Positions 9,457 through 18,139 of a stretch of DNA of 64,000 nucleotides are shown here, one piece after another. Each line of letters starts with the position of its first letter. Positions within the stretch are counted from its first letter, which is position 1. The position numbers and the translations under genes are program-made. The DNA is from Tissierellales bacterium (GTDB taxonomy: Bacteria > Bacillota > Clostridia > Tissierellales > Tissierellaceae). The notes under the pieces are model-generated. The model worked only from the letters and a program-made list of their open reading frames with translations, was not told the DNA's origin and made no database searches. The stretch is from the NCBI GenBank assembly GCA_030146705.1, contig JASLBE010000062.1:5321-69320 (forward strand), in the 5' to 3' direction.

Positions 9457-10650
9457 ATGGAAGAAACAAAAATAAGAAGGGACAGTTTAATAATAACTGC
9501 CATAGCACTATATTTTACTTATGTTATTCACGGGATAGGAGTTTCAATACTTGCCCAGTATAAGCAGGAGTTAGCCAGTAACTGGGGAGGAAATATTGGT
9601 TCGGTCCTACAAGTATCATCGGTTTTAGGACTTGGAAGGCTAGTGGCCCTTCCCTTTGCAGGACCAATGTCTGATAAGATTGGTAGAAAGGTTACAGGCT
9701 TATTTGGAATCGCCCTATATATACTATATTTTATAGGGATAGCAAGCTCTAAAACAATAAAAATGGCCTATATCTATGGGATAGTAGGAGGGGCAGCAAA
9801 TTCATTTTTAGATACATCAGTAATTCCTTCGGTCTTAGAAATTTTTGAAGACAAGGGGGACATAGCCAGTATGTTTACCAAGTTTTCTATGTCCTTGGGT
9901 CAGTTTATACTACCCTTTGGAATTGGGTTTGTTGCTAGTAGGAACCTATCATACAGGACCCTATTTTACCTAGGGGCAGGCCTATTATTTATAGATGGAG
10001 TCCTTTTATTTATCTTAAAATTCCCAGAAGCAACAAGGGGAGAAACTGGAGAAAAAGAAGGAAGTATGAAATTTGATAGTGGGAGCCTGGCCCTTATCCT
10101 CTTAGGTTTTACAACAACAGCCAGCTTTCAACTTTGGCTAAATTGTAACCAAGAATTGGGACTTTTATATGGGGTGGCAGACCCAAGTAAAATTCAGTCC
10201 TTGTATGCTATAGGAACTGTTTGCGCAATTTTATTTTCAACATTCTTTATGTTAAAAAGATTTAAACCAGTAGAAGTTTTGGTAATTTATCCCTTGGTGA
10301 CTCTTATTAGCTTGGTCTTGGTCTACTTTATAAGGACGGCCCTAATGGTTAAGCTAGGAGGATTTTTAATGGGATTTTTTGCAGCAGGAGGGGTCCTTCA
10401 ACTAGTTACTTCAACTGCCAATGCAATGTACCCAAGGAACAAGGGTAAGATTACATCAATAGTTATGATATCTTCAAGCTTAGGAAGCTACCTAGTTTTA
10501 TTTCTTGCAGGGAAAATTACTAGTAGTTTTGGAAGCCTGGGACCAGTAAAGGTTGTCCTATTAAATATAGGCATAACTTTTATAGGGGTTTTATTAGGTA
10601 TATTTGTAAATAAAAAATTTAAAAATAGGCCTAAGACTGTAAAAATGTAA
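9457..10650 (+). CDS. MFS transporter
   Basis: 397 aa with about 12 TM segments. MFS loop motif GPMSDKIGRK between TM2 and TM3. Confidence 0.85.
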   Translation: MEETKIRRDSLIITAIALYFTYVIHGIGVSILAQYKQELASNWGGNIGSVLQVSSVLGLGRLVALPFAGPMSDKIGRKVTGLFGIALYILYFIGIASSKTIKMAYIYGIVGGAANSFLDTSVIPSVLEIFEDKGDIASMFTKFSMSLGQFILPFGIGFVASRNLSYRTLFYLGAGLLFIDGVLLFILKFPEATRGETGEKEGSMKFDSGSLALILLGFTTTASFQLWLNCNQELGLLYGVADPSKIQSLYAIGTVCAILFSTFFMLKRFKPVEVLVIYPLVTLISLVLVYFIRTALMVKLGGFLMGFFAAGGVLQLVTSTANAMYPRNKGKITSIVMISSSLGSYLVLFLAGKITSSFGSLGPVKVVLLNIGITFIGVLLGIFVNKKFKNRPKTVKM

Positions 10651-10683
10651 ACTTCAATAAAGTTGATTAAATCAAGAAAGTTG

Positions 10684-10712
10684 TTGACTATATAATATTT
10701 AAGTGTTATGAT
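10684..10712 (+). promoter_or_regulatory. Sigma-A type promoter with no downstream CDS
   Basis: TTGACT (10684-10689), 17-nt spacer, TGtTATGAT extended -10 (-10 hexamer at 10707-10712). Confidence 0.5.
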
Positions 10713-10718
10713 GTATGT

Positions 10719-10796
10719 AGAAAGTGATATTTCACATAAGAATGACCTTATAATTATAAATTAAAGGAGCTACTAGAGAAGTGGCTCCTTTTTTTG
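10719..10796 (+). ncRNA. Candidate ~80-nt small RNA (orphan promoter-to-terminator unit)
   Basis: Predicted start downstream of the 10684-10712 promoter. Ends at the GGAGCTACT-AGAGA-AGTGGCTCC hairpin (10766-10788) plus a T7 run. No RBS-preceded ORF inside. Confidence 0.3.
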
Positions 10797-10800
10797 TTAT

Positions 10801-10832
10801 AGATTCTAGCCGCCTAGGCTGGGATCTTTTTT
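10801..10832 (+). terminator. Second plus-strand intrinsic terminator
   Basis: AGATTCTAGCC-GCCTA-GGCTGGGATCT (11 bp including 2 G-U pairs) followed by TTTTTT. Confidence 0.6.
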
Positions 10833-10842
10833 AATAAAATAT

Positions 10843-10870
10843 ATAAAAAATACTACACCCTCTGGTGTAG
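10843..10870 (-). terminator. Terminator of the Rrf2 regulator gene
   Basis: On the minus strand: CTACACC-AGAG-GGTGTAG then TATTTTTT, 20 nt after the stop. Confidence 0.7.
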
Positions 10871-10890
10871 CATCTTTCTATAATTAGTGA

Positions 10891-11349
10891 TTAGCTATTT
10901 AAAATCGCATCTAAATCAATACAGTCAGGAACTGGATTATTATCAGCTTGTTCAAATAAATTCTTAAAGTTAATAGCTTCTAAGTTTTGGATTAAATTTT
11001 TTTGAACATCCTTAAGTCTCTTATGAACTATACAGTTTATAGGGTATCTGTTACATTCAGTTCTATCAAAAAGGCAAGCATTTATATAAATTGGTCCATC
11101 TATGGCTTCAATAACATCTTTAAATGTTATATCTTCTGGTTTGGCATTTAGGATATATCCACCCTTAACTCCCATGTAAGATTTTATTAAACCTTTTTTT
11201 CGTAATTTTCTTAGAATTTTAAGTAAAAACTGCTGAGGTATTGTTTCTTCTTCAGCTAAAGTACTTGCACTTACCCGTTCATCTGCTTCGTTTAAAGATA
11301 GATTTGAAATAACCCTAATAGCATAGTCTGCTTCTCTAGTTATGTTCAT
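10891..11349 (-). CDS. Rrf2 family transcriptional regulator, IscR-like with Cys3-His cluster ligands
   Basis: N-terminal winged HTH (ADYAIRVISNL...IPQQFLLKILRKLRKKGLI) and C92/C99/C106/H109 (CLFDRTECNRYPINCIVH). GAGGAG RBS. Confidence 0.85.
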   Translation of the reverse strand: MNITREADYAIRVISNLSLNEADERVSASTLAEEETIPQQFLLKILRKLRKKGLIKSYMGVKGGYILNAKPEDITFKDVIEAIDGPIYINACLFDRTECNRYPINCIVHKRLKDVQKNLIQNLEAINFKNLFEQADNNPVPDCIDLDAILNS

Positions 11350-11429
11350 AATATTCTAACTCCTCTCTAAAATTTAAATTCAAATTTTAAAATATAATCC
11401 CAATTATAGTAAACTAAGTTTGTAATATA

Positions 11430-11458
11430 AGTATAATCTAAAGGGTATTTAATGTCAA
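11430..11458 (-). promoter_or_regulatory. Sigma-A promoter for the Rrf2 gene
   Basis: Minus strand: TTGACA (11458-11453), 17-nt spacer, TATACT (11435-11430), about 80 nt upstream of the start codon. Confidence 0.6.
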
Positions 11459-11867
11459 ATGTTTTAAGAATAGTATGACATAGTCAAAGGCTTGAATTAT
11501 AGCGATTTATTAAATTGGACTAATTTTAATAATATTTATTAAATTTAGAAAAATATTAAAAATAGTTATAGAAAAGCTAACTAATATTAGAAGCTACATA
11601 TATACATTAGGATAAAAAGATTTATTTAATACTAAAAAGCTTGCTTTTAGAACCCGGACTAGAAAGTTTTAAAATATAGGGAATATAGGCCAGGTAAAAC
11701 TTAAAAAACTAAAAATATCTGATATAATATACTTGTATAGGTATGGAGAGAAATATTTATAGGAAATTGTAGGCAAATCCTTTAAATTACTAATTTAAGG
11801 GAGGTTATAATAAATTGACATAAGGGGATATTTATTATAAACTAGTAAAGTTAAAGTAATGAGATAG

Positions 11868-13487
<1,620 letters not shown>

Positions 13488-13515
13488 AATTTATAAAATA
13501 GCTAGGAGGGGTAGT

Positions 13516-15462
13516 GTGAGGTTTAATTGGAAAAATAAATTATCAGGCTTTTTAGCAGGAATAATTTTAATGTCATCAATGCCAATTTATGGAGCAAAGG
13601 TTAGCTTTATAGATGTTCCAAGTAGTCATTGGGCATATAACTATATAGAAGAAATGGCTAAGATGGGATATTTAAAAGGTAAGGGTAATGGTCAATTTGA
13701 CCCTAAGGGCAATATGACATTTATGGAAGCTTTGGCAGCTTTTTCTAGACTGACAAAACCAACTAGTACAGATAAAATAAATGCTTTAAAAGAATATGAA
13801 GGATTATTAAGAGAGCTTAAGGTTACAGCTTCTTGGGAGAAGGAGGCTATTTCTATATCTCTTTACAAGGGGATTGTAACTGAAAATGATGTTAGGAAGG
13901 CCAGGGATATATACCACAAGCCTATACAAAAGGTGGCTTCTTCTGTTTTACTTGCCAAGGCTGTTGGCCTTGAAGAAAAGGCCAAGGATATGAATGTAGT
14001 TGTTTTGGACTACAAGGATGTTACTAGTATTAGGCCTGAGGACAGGAGGTATATAAAGGTTCTTTTAGATGCAGGCATCTTGGATAAAAAGGGCGATGGG
14101 ACTGGTATGTTCCACCCTAAACAAGCCCTTAGAAGGGAAATTATGGCAACCTTAATGTCTAAGGCTAATAACTACCTACTTAATAATCCAGTAACAAATA
14201 ACAAGCCAAGTGTTAAACCAGACAAGGAACCTGATAAGGAAGTTGTTAGGCCATCTGGTGTTAGGGAAAGCCTAACTGGTACTGTAGATAGGGTTACTAA
14301 GGAAATTGGTAGGGAAATCTTAGTAATCAGGGATAGTAGGAATAGGGAGGAAAGCTTCCTATTGGACAAGGATACTGATGTTAGGATTGATGGTAGACCA
14401 GGAAAATTATCTGATCTTTACAAGGGGCAAGAGGTTACTATTAAGTATGATAGTAAGACTAAGGACCTGTATTCTGTTAGGGCTGAATCTAAGAAGGAAG
14501 AGTATGAAGGGGCTGTTGTTTCTACTAATGTTAGTAGTAAGCAGGTAACTGTTGAATACTTGGAGAAGGACAAGCTTAAGACTGAGAAGTTTAGCCTGGA
14601 TGGAGCTACTAGTATTTATAGGGATGGAAAGACTTCTACTCTTGGAAATATTAGGAATGGGGACTATATTAAACTTTCTATTGTAAATGGTAAGCTTAAG
14701 GAGATAAATTCTAGCCCTTATGAACTAAGGCTTAAGGGAGAGGTCTTAAAGACTGAAAAACTTAGGAATGGAAAAAATGGAGACTACGAAATACTAATCA
14801 AGGGCAATAACAAGGAAGAATACAAGATTATCGCTGATAATAGGACTGAGGTTGATAGGGATGGAAAAAGCTCAAGACCAGAAGATGTTCGTGTAACTGA
14901 TAAGGTTGACATAGTAGCCAGGTATGATGTTGAAAGAGAAGGCTATTTGGCTGATGATATGTATGTAGATGTTGTTGTTGAAAAGGTTAAGGGCTATGTT
15001 ATTCAAATCACTAATAGGCTTAATAAAAATCCTCTAGTAAAGGTTAGGCTTAAGGATAGTAGCAAGGAAGAAAATTATGAGCTTCTACCAGGGGCCTATA
15101 TAAAGGTTGATGGAAAGACTGCTACTAGTCTACCTTCTAACCCAGGCTATGAAGTTGAGCTTTATATTGAAGGGCAAAGTGATATAGCAGAGGCTTATGT
15201 TAATACTACTACTATGGAAAATAGTTTAGTGGGTGAAATTGACCTAGTTGATAGTAGGAATGATTTTATAGAGATTAAAGTTTCCAACCTAGCTTCAGAG
15301 AAAAACTTAATCAGGGTTTATGTTGATAGGGATACAGAAATTGTTGATAAGTATTTTGATGATATTAGGTTAAAAGACCTGTATAGGGGAGACTTTGTAA
15401 ATGTTATAGGTGTCCATAAGGGGGCAAACTTTATGGCAAATACAATTCAATTAAGGGATTAA
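13516..15462 (+). CDS. SLH-domain cell-wall-anchored protein with tandem beta-rich repeats
   Basis: Signal peptide. SLH motifs (FIDVPSSHWAYNYIEEMAKMGYLKGKGNGQFDPKGNMTFMEAL; YKDVTSIRPEDRRYIKVLLDAGILDKKGDG..FHPKQALRREIMATL). Then about five ~65-aa repeats ending in ..DG+...L..[LI]..GD.V.[IL]. Confidence 0.8.
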   Translation: MRFNWKNKLSGFLAGIILMSSMPIYGAKVSFIDVPSSHWAYNYIEEMAKMGYLKGKGNGQFDPKGNMTFMEALAAFSRLTKPTSTDKINALKEYEGLLRELKVTASWEKEAISISLYKGIVTENDVRKARDIYHKPIQKVASSVLLAKAVGLEEKAKDMNVVVLDYKDVTSIRPEDRRYIKVLLDAGILDKKGDGTGMFHPKQALRREIMATLMSKANNYLLNNPVTNNKPSVKPDKEPDKEVVRPSGVRESLTGTVDRVTKEIGREILVIRDSRNREESFLLDKDTDVRIDGRPGKLSDLYKGQEVTIKYDSKTKDLYSVRAESKKEEYEGAVVSTNVSSKQVTVEYLEKDKLKTEKFSLDGATSIYRDGKTSTLGNIRNGDYIKLSIVNGKLKEINSSPYELRLKGEVLKTEKLRNGKNGDYEILIKGNNKEEYKIIADNRTEVDRDGKSSRPEDVRVTDKVDIVARYDVEREGYLADDMYVDVVVEKVKGYVIQITNRLNKNPLVKVRLKDSSKEENYELLPGAYIKVDGKTATSLPSNPGYEVELYIEGQSDIAEAYVNTTTMENSLVGEIDLVDSRNDFIEIKVSNLASEKNLIRVYVDRDTEIVDKYFDDIRLKDLYRGDFVNVIGVHKGANFMANTIQLRD

Positions 15463-15492
15463 AAAAAGCAGTCTGTTTTCAGACTGCTTTTT
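15461..15492. terminator. Bidirectional terminator between convergent genes
   Basis: AAAAAAAGCAGTCTG-TTTT-CAGACTGCTTTTT. Confidence 0.85.
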
Positions 15493-15503
15493 CTTGCCTA
15501 GAC

Positions 15504-16802
15504 CTAGAACTTCTTATTAAGCATAATATTAATTATTTCTTCATCTACCCCCTTCATACCATCGGTACAAAGTTGGGCTAAATTTTTTATAGACTGGTTT
15601 ATACTCTCATCTAAAATTCCATCAGATGGATTGATGGCTATATCTGCCAGGGCAAGTTTTCCTTGGAGGATAGACTCAGAACTGGCTGCTGCTATTTTGA
15701 AAGAGCAACCACCCTTGGCCCCATCACAGAACATACCTGAAAGGGTTCCGATCATATTCCTAATAGAGTTCCTAACCTGCCTGTTATCTCCACCTAGGGC
15801 CCAGGTTATACTTGAACTAGCACCAATGCCTGCTGCAATGGCACAACCGCATACTGGGGCAAGGTTGCCAGTATAGGACTTTATGTAGCTAGTAACCAGG
15901 TGGCTAAAGGCTAAGGCCCTGGCTGTTTTTTCCCTTGAAAAGCCTTCATCCCTACACACAATATAGACAGGAATAATAGCGGCTATGCCTTGGTTACCAC
16001 TTCCAGCACTACTCATAACTGGCATATTTACCCCAGACATCCTGGCATCACAGGCAGCTGATGCATACATCCTAGCCTCATTAATAGAATTTTTTTCCAT
16101 AAGGCCCTTTTCAATGCCATCATACATATACCTGCCTAGACCAACTCCAGAATTATTAACAAGCCCATAATTAGCAATATCCATATTTAAGTCTACCCCA
16201 TCAAGGAGAAATTCAATATCAGAAAAGTCTACTGTTTCTACAAAGTCCCTAATGTCTTCAACAGATATTTTATGGAGGTAGGACTCCTCGCTTTTACTAG
16301 ACCCATCTATATAGGCCCTTTCAAAAACCAGGTCCCCATTTTTTATAATCTTTGTAATATTAGTATGGCTTCCTCTTATTTCACATAGGCCAAAGTCTTG
16401 GTCTGTTTCAACCCTAGCTTCAATGAAAAAGTTCCCCTCTTGAGTTTCTATTTCCAGGTCTACAAGCTTATTTTCAACCAAGGACTTGGCAATAGCTATA
16501 TCTTTTTCATTAACATTTTTAAAAACTTCCAGCAGGAGGTCTCCCTGGCCAGCAACTCCAGCTAGGGCTGCAGCGAAAACCAGGCCTATTTCACTAGTGT
16601 TTGGGATACCAACCCCCTTGCCATTTTTAAAAATGTTTGGAGAAACCCTAACCCTAATTGACCTTATTTCACCCCTTAAGCCCTCAGAGGCCTTACTAAC
16701 AGCTATTCCAACTGCAACAGGTTCAGTACAGCCTAGTGCAGGCTTTACACCATCTACTAGGCTAGTTAGAAAATCATTAAAAAACTCAGTTTTATATTCC
16801 AT
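15504..16802 (-). CDS. UPF0597 / YhaM-type L-cysteine desulfidase family protein
   Basis: N-terminal KPALGCTEPVAVG and the later SSAGSGNQG and CGCAIAAG blocks are typical of the serine dehydratase alpha-like cysteine desulfidase family. ATG at 16802 sits 7 nt after AAGGAG and is preferred over the TTG at 16808. Confidence 0.7.
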   Translation of the reverse strand: MEYKTEFFNDFLTSLVDGVKPALGCTEPVAVGIAVSKASEGLRGEIRSIRVRVSPNIFKNGKGVGIPNTSEIGLVFAAALAGVAGQGDLLLEVFKNVNEKDIAIAKSLVENKLVDLEIETQEGNFFIEARVETDQDFGLCEIRGSHTNITKIIKNGDLVFERAYIDGSSKSEESYLHKISVEDIRDFVETVDFSDIEFLLDGVDLNMDIANYGLVNNSGVGLGRYMYDGIEKGLMEKNSINEARMYASAACDARMSGVNMPVMSSAGSGNQGIAAIIPVYIVCRDEGFSREKTARALAFSHLVTSYIKSYTGNLAPVCGCAIAAGIGASSSITWALGGDNRQVRNSIRNMIGTLSGMFCDGAKGGCSFKIAAASSESILQGKLALADIAINPSDGILDESINQSIKNLAQLCTDGMKGVDEEIINIMLNKKF

Positions 16803-16876
16803 AAACAAGCTCCTTTTATAAAAAAATATTATAGCTTAATTATATACTAAAAAAGGACTAATAGTATAAAAATATC

Positions 16877-18139
16877 TTATTCTGTCCTAATGGCTTCTAG
16901 GGCACTAAGGTTCATAGCTCTTTTGGCTGGAAAATATCCAGCTATAAGGCCTATTAGGATGGAAAAAGCCATAGCTCCCAGGGCTAAGACTGGGGGTATA
17001 ATAGATATCTTACTCCCCTCTCCACCAGGTAGCATACCAGCAATAAAGCCAGAAGCAATAGTGTTTAAAAGAAAGGAAACTATATAGGAAAAACTAAGCC
17101 CAACTAGGCCACCTAAAAAACCTATAAGTCCTGCCTCAAGTAGGAAGAGTTTCTTAATATCTTTTATAGATGCACCTATTACCTTCATAATCCCAATCTC
17201 CTTGGTCCTTTCGTAGATACTCATTATCATAGTATTTGTAATTCCTATGGCTGCAACTAAAAGTGAAATGGCTCCAATGCTACCAAGGACAGCCTGCATA
17301 ACCAAAGAACCCTGCTTCATAGACTTTAATTCTTGGGTTAGGCTGTAGGCTTCATAGCCCAGGTCTTTAATAGCATTTTGGACATCTTCAACCTTGTTCA
17401 TATCTGCAACCTTCACCTTGATAGAGTCAAACTCTGCTGACTTTTTTTTATCCCTACTATTTTCAGCAATTATCTTCTCTAACTCCTTTATAGGCATATA
17501 GACCCCATAGCTAGTTTCAAAATCATCAGGAGATAGGACTCCAACCACCTTAACACTATACTCCTTGGGTTTTTTATTGGGACTAGACCCATCAGATTCA
17601 AAGGCAAGCTTGACCTTGTCTTTCATAGGGTTGATATTACTAGCAGGCTGGTAGTTTCTAGGATTGTAGAAATTATCAACCATACTTCCACCAAAGACTA
17701 CAGCTAATTTATCAGAGGAGTTTAAGCCCCTCCCCTCAACAATGGGAAAGTCAAAAAGCTCCATAGACTCAGGCTCCATACCAATTATTTGTGAACTTGC
17801 CTCATTTCTTCCAATTAAGAGCTTACCATAGGACTCCTTGGTAGCATTAACCCCAACAACATTGGGAATTTGCTTAAAACTACTTACAGCAGCCTTATTA
17901 AGTTTCCCAGAACTAGAACTAGGTCCACTAGGGCCCATACCCTGGTGGACAGTAATAGTTGTTAGGCTGCCCCAGCTTGAAATTTGGTCTTCTAAAGACT
18001 TGCTCATACCAAAACCTAGGCTTAGCATTGTTACTATTGAGCTAGTACCAATCATAACACCTAAAATAGTTAAGAAGGTCCTAAGCTTCCTCCTCCATAG
18101 GTTTTGTCCAGCCATTGATATTAGGTCCTTATTATTCAT
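16877..18139 (-). CDS. MacB/FtsX-type ABC transporter permease
   Basis: One N-terminal TM, a ~230-aa extracytoplasmic domain and three C-terminal TMs with the FtsX motif (ERTKEIGIMKVIGAS). Its start overlaps the upstream gene's stop. Confidence 0.85.
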   Translation of the reverse strand: MNNKDLISMAGQNLWRRKLRTFLTILGVMIGTSSIVTMLSLGFGMSKSLEDQISSWGSLTTITVHQGMGPSGPSSSSGKLNKAAVSSFKQIPNVVGVNATKESYGKLLIGRNEASSQIIGMEPESMELFDFPIVEGRGLNSSDKLAVVFGGSMVDNFYNPRNYQPASNINPMKDKVKLAFESDGSSPNKKPKEYSVKVVGVLSPDDFETSYGVYMPIKELEKIIAENSRDKKKSAEFDSIKVKVADMNKVEDVQNAIKDLGYEAYSLTQELKSMKQGSLVMQAVLGSIGAISLLVAAIGITNTMIMSIYERTKEIGIMKVIGASIKDIKKLFLLEAGLIGFLGGLVGLSFSYIVSFLLNTIASGFIAGMLPGGEGSKISIIPPVLALGAMAFSILIGLIAGYFPAKRAMNLSALEAIRTE

